64,000 nucleotides of DNA, taken from the NCBI GenBank assembly GCA_013265495.1, contig MU058065.1, forward strand, positions 2,395,003 to 2,459,002. Reading direction: 5' to 3'. Within the stretch, counting starts at the first letter, position 1. Each line of letters starts with the position of its first letter. The DNA is from Vicugna vicugna. Its lineage: Eukaryota. Positions 39,061 through 52,600 of the stretch are shown here, piece after piece. The notes under the pieces are model-generated. The model saw only the letters and a program-made list of their open reading frames with translations, did not search any database and had not been told where the DNA came from. Both the position numbers and the translations under genes were made by a program.

Positions 39061-39549
39061 GTTCACATGTCAGTCCTTATAAGTAGGTCTCTGATATTAG
39101 CTTAAGACTTTCCTGATTGTAATTATTCACATAAATGGGAAAAAAAACAGTAGTAGTTTTAACTCTGCCAGAAGAAAAAGTGATTTAAGGTTGCAAGTGC
39201 AAAGAGCCTCGGACTGGGAGCCAGGCGGGAGTCTTAACTCTGCCTCTTGCTAACTACACAGCCGAGGGTCTCTGTCTTAAGATGGGGCTTGCACCCAGCC
39301 AGCTCTGCTGTGCTTTCTAATGTTACCATTTCGTGAGTCCAGGAATGAGTGGTGATTTCATTTTAAATACCTCAGTAGGGTAGACACTGACTAAATATTT
39401 GCTAAGTTGAGTGAGGTCTGCTGACTTTATCTCTGGAATGTAGGTGATTTGGTTTTGTGATACTGAGCTGTAATGACATAGAAAACAATGGTGGTGGTTT
39501 TGAGATTAAAAAAATAAAAGACCTAAAATTCAAAGCCAGAGACAAGCTG

Positions 39550-39974
39550 TGTATTAGGGCTGCTGTAACAGCACCACACGCTGAGGGGCTTCAACAACAG
39601 AAATGTATAGTTTCACTGTCCTGGAGGCTGGAAGCCCCAGATGAAGGTTTTGGTTCCTTCTGGGGCCTGTGGGAGACAGGCTCTTCCATGCCTCCCTCCC
39701 AGCTTCTGGTGCTTTGCCTCCAGTCTTTGGTGTCCCTTGGCTTCTGCTGCATCACCTCAGTCTCTGCCTTTATCTTTAGAGTTCTTTCTGTGTGCGTGTC
39801 AGTGTCCAGATTTCCCTTTTTCATAATGATACCTCTCATATTGGATTAGGGGCCCACCCCACTCTAGCATCATCTCAACTCACGACATCTGTGGTGACCA
39901 AGGTCATGTTCGGAGGTTCTGGGGTTAGGACTTCAGCATAAGAATTTTCGGGTGATGCACGTCAGCCCGCGACA
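39550..39974 (-). mobile_element. Solo MaLR LTR (MLT1A-C-like)
   Basis: TG...CA termini, TGTATTAG-GGCTGCTGTAACA...TGGAGGCTGGAAG...TTGGATTAGGGGCCCACCC...GGTTAGGACTTCA; 5-bp TSD AGCTG/GGCTG. Confidence 0.88.
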
Positions 39975-40576
39975 GGCTGCTTATCTGGTCCTTGTCATGT
40001 AACTACCCATCTATCCATCCTTCTCTCCTTCCTTTCCTCCAATAAACATTACTGTGCTATACTGGTGGATGGATAATGGACCGTTTTATGAGGAATTTTC
40101 TTTACAGGGGGACCTTTAAAGTTTTGCATAAATGGCTATGAACTAATTCTCAGAAGTTGACCTTTTAATTTGTGGATTACTTGTGACTTATGTTTCTGTC
40201 TCATTTCCCGCCCCTGTTTTTTTCTCTCTTATTGTCCCTCTGACTCTACTCTTCCGAACCCTTTCCTCCTCACCCAGTTCACCAAATTCTCCTTCTTCAC
40301 TGAGCGTTTCACTTGTTCTAAGTAGACAGTCCCGCCACCAGATGGTGTGCAAGGACTGGGAAAGCGTATGAAGCACATTGGCCAGCGTAGCAGCATGTCA
40401 ACATTTTATTTCAGGAGGAAGCTGGAATAATGAGCCAAAAATGAGGTCCTGGGATTGTGTGGACTTTACTTCTCCATATACAGTGTCTCGTCCTGTACTG
40501 TGGAGACAGAAACGTGAGCTGGAAATCTTGAGGAAAAGAAACCTAAAACATTTGATGAATCAGAGTTAATAGGAGA

Positions 40577-40852
40577 ATAGAAAACACACCTATGGTTTCT
40601 AGGGGAAGGGATGAATTGGGAGTTCGAGATTTGCAGATACTATTCTAACTACTGTATATGAAATAGATAAACAAGTTTCTACTGTACAGCACAGGGAACT
40701 CTGTTCAATAGCTTGTAGTAACCTATAATGGAAAAGGATATGAAAGCGAATACATGTATGTATACGTATGAAACATTATGCTGCACACCAGAAACTGACA
40801 CCACATTGTAAACTGACTGACTGTACTTCGATTTAAAAAAATAGAAACAAAA
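40577..40852 (+). mobile_element. L1 3'UTR insertion
   Basis: L1 3'UTR with A-rich tail; perfect 15-bp TSD AGAGTTAATAGGAGA at 40562-40576 and 40853-40867. Confidence 0.92.
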
Positions 40853-41069
40853 AGAGTTAATAGGAGATGTTGATCTCCGAACAGTGTCAACAATAATATT
40901 AGGCCCAGAGGCGGTAAGCAAGGTTCACGGGTCTGAGGGCCACTTCCTTAAATGGGTGGATTCAGAGACCACAATAAAGGGGAAATCTGTGGAGCACAGT
41001 AGGGCTGTAGAATGGCTTCCACGAAACAAGGGGCAGCAGCTGTCACCCAGTTCGGCCTTTTCGAATGAG

Positions 41070-41260
41070 GCCTGCGGCCCAAATGCAGCTCACGGACCAC
41101 AGCCACCCACAGTGTGTGCTTTGTTCAAACAGGGTTTTGTTGTCAGGATTCCTGTTAATTGCCAATATTAAAATAATCCCAGTACTTCACATAATCATCC
41201 AGATTTCAGGCTTCTTTTGGAAAAAGAAAAATCTGGAGGCCTGGCAAGACTGGCTGTTTT
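41070..41260. mobile_element. MER102-like hAT relic
   Basis: ATCCAGATTTCAGGCTTCTTTTGGAAAA...ATCTGG...GGCAAGACTGG; from memory of the consensus. Confidence 0.45.
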
Positions 41261-42069
41261 TGTTGGCAGTACGTCGCTATGGCTGAGCTGAGGCTGTGCC
41301 TCCACTGGGAACCTGTGATTTGCAGTTTGACTTTGTCTCTTCCACCCCTTGTTGTATGATGCGGAACCTTGGCCCTCACTGAAAATGTGGCCTGCCTCTG
41401 CCCAGCCCATGAAAGGTATCTGACTAGTTGACCCTGCTCTCCTGTTTCTTAGGCAAAGAGATGAGGCCTGGAGAGGGGAGCTGACGGCTGGTTCGGTGCC
41501 ACACCTGCCCTGGAATTCCCACTGAGCCCTGCTGCCTCCGTGAAAGAGAAACTGGTGGGGCAAGACGGAGAGGGACCCACCACAGACAAGTGATGCAGTT
41601 CAAGTAGAGGCGGGAGGGAAGGCGAAAACCTGAACTGTTGTGACTCGATGATAGAAACACAAGTGAAAAAATGGGGAACCCTAAAGTAAACACCTTACAG
41701 GGAACTTGGAGAGAATTAATAAATACATGATCAGAACACCGTTGGTCAGCGGTCAAAAGAAATAAAGAAACCCTAAGTAACTTCCCTGCACGTTTGGGCT
41801 GTCTTTGGGGTAAACTCCTTGGAAGGTGATTGATGAGACAGGCAAGGTAGCAAGTCAGCTAGAAGTTGGGTGGTTTCTGATTATCCAAAGAAACGGCAGA
41901 ATGCTTTTCTGGGTTCAGTCACAGGCCCTTTCTTTCAGAACGTGGGGACCAATTTCTGGAAAAGTGATGGAGTGGACATGGAGTGATTTCAAAGGAGGAA
42001 GCAGAGAATTTTTTTCTTGCCTCAGTGAAGATAAATGGGGCTATAAATGGGCAGGGCTGACTACTGGAT

Positions 42070-42290
42070 GATGTGTTAGCTGTAGCAAGTATGTATTGAG
42101 AGCTAACTCTGTGCGAGACTCTGCACTGAAAGGTTGACATGTGTGATATCATTGTGTCCCCCTAACGTGACTGATGTCGTTACTGTTGTCATCCTCATTT
42201 AATAGATGAGGGGACTGAGGACCAGAGAGAGCAGGTAGCTGTTCCACGTTCACTTAGCTCACAAATGTCAGAGCCAGGATTCAAGTGCAA
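42070..42290 (-). mobile_element. MIR SINE
   Basis: ATCCTCATTTAATAGATGAGGGGACTGAGG...CAGAGCCAGGATTCAA. Confidence 0.75.
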
Positions 42291-44053
42291 ACTCGCAAGC
42301 TGCCCATCACCGGAGTCTTTCCAAGTAATAACTTACCTGCTTTAATGTCCACCACTCACAGCCCTCCCCACCCCTCTGCCCTTGGCCCCGGGCCAAGGAT
42401 GTGGCCTGGCCTAGCAATAAATGCCCCACATTTATCCAGTTGGGCTGGCCTAGTGGCAAATGCACACCATGTCCTGGACCAAATCTGAAACAGTGGTTGA
42501 GATGCACCATTTTGGCTGGATGGTGTATAATGAGTTTGAAAAAACTAAAATTTTAATTTCCATAAGGTCACTGTTGTTAGAGAACTCATGACTTGTCAGT
42601 GAATCTTTGTCTTAAGAACATGTATAAATGAATTCTGGAAAACGTTAGTCTGACTCATCTTTCTACCTGGGGCATGCTGGTAAAATCTGTAGTGAGGGTA
42701 GATCACTGAAAGCTTAAGCAAATGACCTTTTTAGAGAGAAGGCAACTTGGCTTGTGGAAGAGGAAACTGGAGCCCTTTGAGAAGGTGAATACATGAGGCT
42801 GGGGGAGAAGCGGTGGCTAGCCCTTCTTTGTGCTTTCTGAAAGCCCTCCTGATAGGGGTTCAGCCCTGGAGGGTTGGTCTTGTCACTTTCAGAGCAGGCT
42901 TAGAGGAGGGAAATCAGGATAATTGTTAACGGGATCATTCCTATATACAAATATAATGTGTGGGTCCTGAAAGAGTGAGGACCCAGTAAGGTTGCATGTA
43001 ACATTTTTGTAATTGATTTAGCAGAGAGAATTGAGCAGGTGGAGGCTCTTCTGGCCAGAGGACAGTTAAACCCGTCAGGATAAGCTACCAGAAGATCTGC
43101 AGGTACAACCAGTGATAGTGATAGTTGAGTTTATTGCATCCGGAGAAAAGTCATCCCAGGAGTAAGCTTATGATGCCCAGTAAAACCCTGGGCTTTTTAA
43201 GGACAGTCATCTCAAAAAAACTAGTGTTCTCTGACCCTTACAGAAACCCAGTTCTCTACTGAGAATATTAATCCAGAGCTAATTGTCGTTTCTCAACATT
43301 CAACAGTTCCACCAATATTTTCTGAGTCCTTGTTATGAGCAAAGAATGGAGTTCGACATGATTCAGGAAGAAATATGCAGAATGATGAGGAATTTGAGAA
43401 ACCCATGGTATGAAGAGAAGCTGCAGAGGTGAATTTCTTTGCTGCACAGGTGGAAGCTGAGTGGACTGTTAGTGCATGAAGAATCTGCAAAAACTCCTGT
43501 CAATCCTCTGTTTTTAAAAATTTTATTAGGAATGGTAGAATTCTGGTCGAATGTTAAGTGCCTTGAAGGAAAATCAGGGCATATATTAAAATGCATTATT
43601 CTACCTGGCAGCTGGTAAACTAATGGCCCTCTTATCCATGAACTGGGACAGGTTGAAAAATAAAACTGCATCAGATAAAATCGAATGAGAGCTCTTAACA
43701 GATAGTTTAGAACAGTTAATGTATTTAAGGATTTTTCCCTTTAAATTTTTGAGCTTAATATTGGGGGAGAGAGGGGATAATATCTCAGAATATGTTTTTA
43801 ATGTCACTGTCAAATATCAGTACTCTACCACCCCTTATTTATTTCTAATTCCTTTAAAATTTTTTAATCTAAGTAATATATGTACACAGTCTAAAAATCA
43901 AATACAGTTATATACTTTGTAATGAAATACAGCAACTCCTCCATTACCACGTTCTTCTCTTAGGGGCAATTACTTTCAATAATTGCAGCCTTTTCTTTTG
44001 GTATTTACGCCTGCATTTCTAAGTAATATATTTATGCTGGCAGCTTTCCACTC

Positions 44054-44219
44054 TTTTTTTTTTTTTTTGCTATTTCATTTCATTACATTAATTTAATTTA
44101 ATTTAATTTTGTTTTGAAGTACAGTCAATTACAATATGTCAATCTCTGGTGCACAGTACAGTGTCCCAGTCATGCACATACATACATGTATTTGTTTTCA
44201 TATTTTTTTCCATTACAGG
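44054..44219 (-). mobile_element. L1 3' tip
   Basis: Poly-T, then TTGAAGTACAGTCAATTACAAT...; short TSD TCCACTC at 44047-44053 and 44220-44226. Confidence 0.75.
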
Positions 44220-47200
44220 TCCACTCATCATTCTTTACATTATCTCTGACTTCCTGCTACAGTGATTGGGCATCTGCCTCTTCTTTGTTCGCACGCATGC
44301 TTCCTCTCCTCTCCTTCTCCCAAAGCGGTTTTAAGAACTAGGCGTATGATTTCTTGCTTGTATCACTTCTTTTCTGGAGTTTATAAATGTTCTTTGCACT
44401 TGTCTAGTTTCCTATGTATCTGTCACTTTTTTTTCTCTCCCAACGCACAACAGATCTTTCAGATGGCTATCAGCATTTTTTCCAACTACACAAAGAAATG
44501 AAGTCATCTGTGAATTCTGCTTCTCCCTCCCCTCCCTGCAGCCCCCTCACTTCCCTCTGGAACAGTTGCTCTCTTGGTCCGGTACGGGGCTGTCACTCTC
44601 CCCTTTCCTTTCCGAAGCACTATTTTGCTTTGGGTTCCCTGTGCCCTGGGTAGCGGTCTCTAACTCTTTCCAGTACTTTGCTGGGAGACGTCTTCAAGAG
44701 GCTTCCCGAGAAAGATATACTGAATGCAGATTTCTTTTTTTCTTTTTCTTTCTAGTCTTTGCAAGTGTGAAAATTCAAATTCTCTTCACCTCTTTCTCTC
44801 AATTGATAATTTGGTTGGATGTGGACATCTGGTCCTCCCACAGCTAGCGCTGCCGGCAGGGGGTCGGGCGCCCTTTTGAGTGCTGATCCGGTGACTGTGA
44901 ACTTTCTGTCCTCCCAGAGTCTCCCAGGCTGCTCTCCTTGTCTTAAGTGTTCTGGCGTTTCAGGCGACGTGCTTTTAAGATGCATTGTGCTGAGCACTGG
45001 ATGAGCCTTTCTTATGTGAAGTCTCATGTCGTTAGGCCTAGGACATTTTTTTAAATCTTTCTTTGAGATCTCTGTTTTTGCTTTCTGGATTTTGCACCTT
45101 CTGGATTGACCCCTTACTAGTTTTATCTTTTCCTCTAATTTTCCATCTGCTTTTCTGTTTGTTCTGGTCTCTTGGAGACTCCTTTGACTTTATTTTATTT
45201 ATCATGCTTTTTAATTCTCAGGAGTTTTTTCTTGTCTCTGTTTCCCCACCCTGTTTTTATTTTGTTGATACAGGAACTCCATCTTCTTTGAACTCTGAGC
45301 ATATTCGTATGTGAGTGTGTGTGTGTATAACAGTTTGTCCTGTTTCATGCTTTTTTTTTTTTTCTTACTGTATCCAGCGCTTACTTTTTCCCATTTGTTC
45401 TTTTCAGTCTCTTTCTCTGACATTAGTGATGATTCTCAAATATCTGCGGACCCTTGGTCTCTGCTCATATTTCAGAGTGGGTGCTAAGCTGCCACTGGCA
45501 GTTCTGGGGGCGTGTCAGGCGGCCTGCAAGGCTTCGTTGTCAGGACTAGGGGTCTTTTCTCTGCCTTCTAGTATCTCCAGGGAGGAATCATTCAGTCTCC
45601 CGATTAAGAGATGGGCTTTTTGGTACAAAACAAAGCTGGCGGTAGAGGTGGAGGAACACTTTCCTCTCTTAGCAGAAAAAAAAAAATATGGCTTTGCAGG
45701 CTCTGAAGTAGGTTTAAGATCCAGGAGAGTTGCAAGTGTCTGTAAGCATTTCTTCTTAAAGCCATAGCTAATTTGTGTAAGTCCTCTGATAGGTAACGTA
45801 AACCTTCAGTGTAGAAGAAGTACGGCCTTGCACAGATTTGGGCTGCTTAGGGTGGATAAAGCCTTGCCTTGTGCAGACAGCATTGTCAGCAACAGCTGCT
45901 TGCTGTCCACTACTGACCCCTAGGGTCAGCTTAAGTGATGCATCCTGGGATCTGGGCCACCAGAGCAAGGACCTGTCAGGTTGATGGAGTTGAAGGAGAG
46001 GAACAGAACATACTCTGTGTGTTTGTGTTTGCAGCTCAGTTCTTGAAACACAAGTAGGTCCTTGCTGTTTATGGTGTGATGGTGTTGGGGACAGGAAAAG
46101 TTTCCTGGATAACTCTTCTCTTAGAAGCTGGTTGTGGACCTACCGTGTGGGTTCAGGTTGGGAGCAGGGAGATTTGCAAACATTAAGAATCAAAGCTGCT
46201 GTAGGAAGTCTTCATTGCTGATCTTCAACTAGAGGGAAGATACTAACACTGATTCAGAGCAACAGAAGAAGTCGGTTGGTACTGATGTGCTTTGTGCTTC
46301 CAGTGAAGGCTCAGTGGTGCCTCTTTGGACACGCTTCAGAAATATGTGGTTAAGAAAATACCCAGAGTAGCTTACATCATGGGTCAAAGCGAGATGTTTG
46401 GGCTGTACCCAGTTAGGTCAAGGATTGTTCTAGTGGACATCCTGACGACAAGGAATGCTTGGATTAACCTGACATATTTGGATTTGGAGGATCATCTGGG
46501 ACAGAACCAGGCCGCTCAAAAGGGCTCCTTCCTGATAGAAGGGTCTCCTTCTGAGACAGGGAGGGGAGATCTCCCTGAAGCCAGATGCCCGCCTGCGGCC
46601 GGAGGATTTGGGCCAAATGCAAGAAGTCAGCGTTGCTCATCACATTCCATTTGATTTTATGGTTATTTGTGGAGTTGGCTTTTCCCAGAAGAGTATTACC
46701 AGTCTCTCCATTACTCCTTTCTTCTCAGCACTATTATTGAAACAAAATGCCTGTGTGTTGTATTCTGAAGTCAGATGAAGTTTGTTTATGACATCAACTT
46801 GAATTTAAGTTGACTCTTTGTAAATACTGGAAAAAAACCCAAACCCTTCCAGTTGCCTTTTTCTCTTTCATTCAAACTAATGCTAATAAAAATGTATTTG
46901 GTTAACCTCTTGGAACATATTATCCAAATATGCCTTGAATGACTAAACTGACAAATTGGATAAAATTAATTGCTGGAGGTGACGAACTCCTGTGAATCAC
47001 TACAATTCATTCTGCAGGTTTTCTCAAGCTACACTGTTAACTCTGGAGAAGGAACAGACACCAGACACCACAACACAGGCTACAGTTCTTCCTCAGAGCA
47101 CAACTTGAAAGGACAAAATCATTCAACACTGTCTTATGCAACGTGATTATTGCATAAACTTGAGCCTCTTTGTTGCTTCTTTTGAATTTGAAACACATTT

Positions 47201-47559
47201 TTATATCTCATATGGGCATTACAGATGTGTATATTAGGTTCCTGATCATCCTTTCTCTTTGAATTCATTGTTAGAATGAAGAATAGCTCTTTCTTTATTT
47301 TCTGCCTTGTTGATTTGTGTTTAAGAAGGCAGACACTTGATCTTGAGAGAAGGTTGCAGCAAAAGAACTGGAAAATAATCCACAATTAAACTCAGCAATA
47401 GTTCCCACCTCTCACTGGAACTTTTGGGCATTGACCTGAGCTCCTCAAATTAAGAGTAACGTTTATCTATGAGGAAATCCTGGAGGAATCACAACAATGA
47501 TCATTGTGAGATGTGATAATAGAACCAATAAGAAGATGACATGAAACCAGGGTGATTTC

Positions 47560-47750
47560 TTCTGGAAGGACAAGACTTGGGGTAGACTTTAAAGCCTGCC
47601 TTCAAATATGTGAAGAGTTAGTTGTTATTCGCAGGATCATGAAATACTGTCTTTTAATATGCTCTGTAAATAAAACCAGGGGAAACTGGTTTAAATTATA
47701 ACAGAAGAGATTTAGGTTAGATGGGAAGAAGTACATTTTCTGACAGGAAA
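47560..47750 (+). mobile_element. Ancient L3/CR1 LINE relic (ORF2 C-terminus)
   Basis: Degenerate match to the CR1 peptide pattern L-x-G-D...FKY-x-K...TRGNG-x-KL...RFRLD (TTCAAATATGTGAAG; AGATTTAGGTTAGAT). Confidence 0.65.
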
Positions 47751-48889
47751 TGTAAAGGGAACACCCAGAACATGTGTGGCTCTCATTTCTCTAGTAAAAA
47801 TCTGACCGTCACTAGACTTTGGGTTGAATAGTCTTTTCTGTTTGGTGATGACCTGAAGCTGAGCCTTGTTCTCAACTTCCTGAGGTTTTATTATTCTGTC
47901 CCTATTCAGTGTTGTCCTTTTAGAATGTCACTTTGGTGATGATCTCTTCTTGGAAACAAAAATGCCTTTCTCAGTATGATTTTTAGGAAGCAGTAGCTAT
48001 GTTCCATTACTGAATTATGTACGCCTGTGCTGACAGTGAAATGGGTATTTAAGAAAATACTATATTCTAAGCAGCTACTTAAATTCCAGACTGAGGGTGA
48101 TTTTTTTTTTAAAGCTGCTGGATGAGCAGGGATTTTTAACCTGCTTTCTTTTCACTTGAAAACAAGGGTTTTCAGGTCCTTGTTATAACAGGTGTTTCCT
48201 TTCTGAGACAGACTGTATCTTACTAAGAAGGCCTCAGATTCTATAGGTTGTGGGTAGGGGACGCTCTGAGCAAAGAGCCTGGTTTCTGTTGGTCCTCCGA
48301 TCTCGCCACCTCCTATCACCTTGTGTGACTTACGGTGTGACAATCAGAGCCAAACCTCTTCAATAAAGAGCTGAATATTTTATTTGTAAAAAGTTCTAAA
48401 ATTTTAATTATTTTGTTTCTAGTATATATTGTTCCTTCCATGACACAATTAACCTCAATAATGAATTTTATTTTTTTAAAAACAAAACGAAGACTCAAAT
48501 TATGATTCTAAACTTGATCTTCTCATACTATGGATTGAGAAAACCTAATCTCTTATAAAATCAAGATCAGACTATCCGACAATTTCTGGAAAACAAATCT
48601 TCCATAGCTCCCAGGCTCCACAGTAAATTTCTACATGTCATAGTGTCTTTTATTCATTTAAAGCTTTCAAAAATCTATTGAAATGTGACCATGCATTTCA
48701 GATCAACATTTTGGAACTTAATTGAAAAAATAAGATCAGGTTTCTCCCTAACACGGCCAACACACGATCTAAATTGTTCAACAGTTATTGTAATGCCAGA
48801 GATAATTGTATCTTGAGATGATTGTTTCTAAAGCCCTCAGCCAAGTAACCCACGAAGTGGAATAAAGAGCTTACATTTGAGACTTAGTT

Positions 48890-50443
48890 TGATTTTTGAG
48901 GAACGTGCCAAGGACACATCATGGGGAAAAGATAGTCTCTTCAGTAAATGGTGTTGGGAAATCTAATATCCATATGCAGAAGAATGAAATTGGACCCTTA
49001 TCTCACTCCACGTACAAAAATCAACTCAAAATGGATTGAAGACTTTAATGTAAGGCCTGAAACTGTAAAACTATTAGGAGAAAATATACAGAAAATACTT
49101 CTTGACGTAGATCTGGACAATGATAGTTTGGATATGACTCCAAGAGCACAGGCAACAAAAGCAAAAATAGACAAATGGGATTGTATCAAACCGAAAAGCC
49201 TCTGCACAGCAAAGGAAACAACGAAGTGAAGAGACCATTTATGGAACGGAAGAAAAGTTTTGCAAACCGTACATCTGTTGAAGGGTTAATGGCCAAAACG
49301 TATAAGGAATTCGAACAAGTCAATAGTAAGAAAACAAATAACCCAATTAAAAAATGGGCAAAGGACCCGAAAAGACATTCCTCCAAAGAAGACATACAGA
49401 TGGCTGACAGGGATATGGAAACATGCTCAGTATCACAAATCATCAGGGAAATGCAAATCAGAACCACAAGGAGATATCCCTTATACCTGTTAGAACGGCT
49501 GTTACCAAAAAGACAAGAGGTAACAAGTGTTAGTGAGGGCGTGAAGAAGAGGGAACCCTTGCACACTGTTGGTGGGAATGTAAATTGGTACAGCCATTAT
49601 GGAAAATAGGATGGAGGTCCCTCAAAAAATTAAAAATAGAATTACCATATGATCCAGCAATCCTGCTTCTGGGTATATTTCCAAAGGAAATGAAATCAGT
49701 ATCTCAAGGAGATATCTGCACTCCCACGTTCATTGCAGCAGTATTCACAGCAGTCAAAAGAAATCAACCAAAGCGTCCAACAACAGATGAATGGACAAAG
49801 TATGGTGTGTGTGTGTGCATACACACATAATGGAATATTATTCAGCCTTAAAAAAGAAGGAAAGCTTGTAATTTGTAACAACATGGGTGAACCTAGAAGG
49901 CATCCCATTCTATGGAACAAGCAAGGCCCAGGAAGACAAATACTGCATGATCTTACTTATACGTGGAACCTAAAAACATCAAACTCATAGAAGCAGCCAG
50001 TAGAACAGTGGTTACCAGAACTGTGGAGGTGGCAGACATGGGAAGATGTTGGTCAGGGGGTACAAATTTGCATTTACGTAGGATGAATAAGTCTAGAGAT
50101 CTAGTGTTATAACATGACTGTGGTTAATACTATAGTGAATACCAGAAATTTGCTTACAGTGTATTTCAGGTGCTGTCATCACACACAAAAACTGGTAACT
50201 GTGTGAGGAGATGATATGTTAATTAGTTTGACTGTAGTAATCACTTCACTGTGTATCTGCATATCGAATCAGCATGTTGCACTCCTTAAATATAATTTTT
50301 TGGGGGAGGGAAGATAATTAGGTTTTGTTTATTTTTTAATGGAGGTACTGGGGACTGAACCCGGGACTTTGTGCATGCTAGGCATGCACTCTACCCCTGA
50401 GCTATACCCTCCCCCTAAATATATATAATTTTTATTCAAAAAA
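48890..50443 (+). mobile_element. L1MA-like element, ~1.5 kb, frameshifted ORF2 3' portion + 3'UTR
   Basis: ORFs with [31 protein letters not shown]...SKEDIQMA and [17 protein letters not shown] in different frames. Confidence 0.95.
50295..50415 (-). mobile_element. vic-1-like SINE inserted into the L1 tail
   Basis: Same SINE body; TSD TAAATATA at 50287-50294 and 50416-50423. Confidence 0.88.
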
Positions 50444-51000
50444 TTAGGTTGTGGTCCCCTTCTAGCTTTCTCACTTTTCCCCCTTGCTTCATCCTCCTTT
50501 CTTTACCTTCTCTCCTTTGTTTCTATATTATCATTATGCTTCTACAGTTGTGATATGGAGCCGGAGTATAATTTTTTTTTCCTTCCCCAGATGGTAGGGG
50601 GATCAGAAGTGTAGTTTTTAAAGTAAACCTGTCTACTGCTTTTAACATTTTTTTGGCTTGTGAAGGAAGGATTTAATATTTTCTCAAAAGAGTTATATTC
50701 CTCCGTGATGTATTTTTCTCCGTACAAGCAGTTTGTGGCTCATAAAAGGAATTAAAGAAAGAACTTATCTCTCCTCTACAATATAAATAAGCTATGTTTG
50801 CAGTGTATGCATTTCTTTGTTCTCTGATGAGTTAAATGTAATTTGTCAGATGAGATCGTTTGCATGCCGATAATTTTCATCTGTTCCGGATTAAAATCCT
50901 TTGTAAAGCCTGCTGCTGAGTTTCAGTGTCTTTGGTAGCATGATGCTGTTGACCAAATTCTGTTTTTTTTTTTTTTTTTCCTGTCCTTTGTTTGTTCTAG

Positions 51001-51179
51001 ATACATTTCATATTGCTCTTCAGTCGGCAAGGGAAATTACGGCTGCAGAAATGGTACACTACTCTCCCCGACAAGGAAAGGAAGAAGATCACCCGGGAAA
51101 TCGTTCAGATTATCCTCTCCCGTGGTCAGAGGACAAGCAGTTTTGTTGACTGGAAGGAGCTAAAGCTTGTTTATAAAAG
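51001..51179 (+). CDS. AP1S3: AP1S3 coding exon 2 (179 nt)
   Basis: Long pyrimidine tract and TTCTAG acceptor; encodes [59 protein letters not shown](R), the sigma-1C N-terminus; donor AAG|GTGTGA. Confidence 0.97.
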
Positions 51180-51409
51180 GTGTGAGTAACTTTACGAGAA
51201 CTGAATCTCCCGTTATTGCTTTGGTTTATTCAACCCTGCACATTGTAGATTGCAACACCAACTCCACCGTTTATGGAAACCTTGGAAGGCTGGAGCCCAA
51301 GTGTTTGTACCCATAGACTAAACAGAAGAGAAATCTCATTTGTTAAAAAGGCTTTCCGTGTGCCAGGATGGATTCTAGGGACTTAATTTTTATGTTGATA
51401 ATGCACACG

Positions 51410-51745
51410 TGCATTCAAGAAATATCTTAAGAGCACCTGTTATGTTCCCAGCACTGTTCTAGTGAGTGTGGCTACAGGAGTGAACAAGACACAGAACATT
51501 CCTGCTCTCATGAAGCTTATTCATCTGTTAAGTAAACAAAACATTTTCAGTTAGTAACAAGTTTTATAGGGAAAAAATGTGCAGCTTAACGGGATCCAGG
51601 GATGGGCAGCTCTTTATCGTGGTCATTATCCCTCATGTTTGCAGATGAGGAAACTGAAGCCACAGAGAGTTTAAGTAATTAGTCCGCAGCCCCGGTAATT
51701 GAGTGGTGATTGGCCGAGCCAGGATTCAAGTCCAGATTTGTGTAT
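51410..51745 (-). mobile_element. L2 3' tip followed by MIR
   Basis: GAGCACCTGTTATGTTCCCAGCACTGTTCTAG...GTGAACAAGACA (L2); GCAGATGAGGAAACTGAAG (MIR). Confidence 0.7.
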
Positions 51746-52279
51746 TCTCCCTTTACTGAACCTTCTTGCCATGGCAAGACCATACTAGAAAGGGATCTTA
51801 ATTTATAGGTGAGGAAACTGAGGCCCTAAGAAGTAAAGTAATTTCTCCCTTAAAGACCCAGATAAATGATGCCTGTACCAGGACCAGAACACAGCCGATC
51901 TGATCCTGGATCCAACATCATACTGCAACTTTCGGAAGGAAAATACACAACAGAAAGGCTCTCGCAAGGGGTGGTTATAAAACCGGAAGGGAAAAGAGAG
52001 GTAACATCAAAGGCTATATTTAATGGAGTAAATTACCAGAAAGTGCCTGGGCGAAGCTGCTTCCACTGGGTCCAAGGTCAGAGCTTTGAGGACTCGCATC
52101 GTGAGAGATGTCAGCAGAGGCCCCTTCGAGCAATCAGCATCTCAGGGGTGGGAAGGCAAAGTCCCAGGACATACCTGCGGACAAGGAGCTTGTCCCTACT
52201 CTCTGCCTGCTGGTGTCTAAAGCTTTGGGTTCAAGTGTGATTTAAGCCATTGTGTAAAAAAATAGGTTACAGCAGTTCT

Positions 52280-52600
52280 CTCAACAGGTGTTTACTGGTG
52301 CTGGATAAGCAATGGTGAACAAGGCAGACTCGGCACCTGCCTTCGGGAAGCCACTGAGCCAGTGAGGGAGAGACAGGCCATGCTATACAGAATGCAGAGT
52401 CCTGGGTGCTCTGTGGACGAGGCACAGGGGGTGTGTGGCAGGGGCGTCCTGTGCAGTCAGAGGACAGAGGTTTCCTGGAGGAGACGACATCCAAGCTCAG
52501 AGCTGCAGGAAAAGTAGGAGTGAGCCACACAGATGGGGAGGAGAGGAGTATTTTAGGCAGAAGAAACACACAGGAGGGGAGGACTTGACAAGCTGAGGCT
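52280..52600 (-). mobile_element. LINE-2 fragment
   Basis: GGTGAACAAGGCAGAC...TTCCTGGAGGAGACGACATCCAAGCT...AGGCAGAAGAAACA. Confidence 0.65.

Noticed and set aside
13324..42657. Scattered TGA(G/C)TCA AP-1 motifs
   Set aside because: The few seen are about what chance predicts for a 7-mer in 64 kb and are not clustered.
47671..47693. AAACCAG/CTGGTTT hairpin or GRHL-like motif
   Set aside because: Lies within a CR1/L3 relic and is short enough to be chance.
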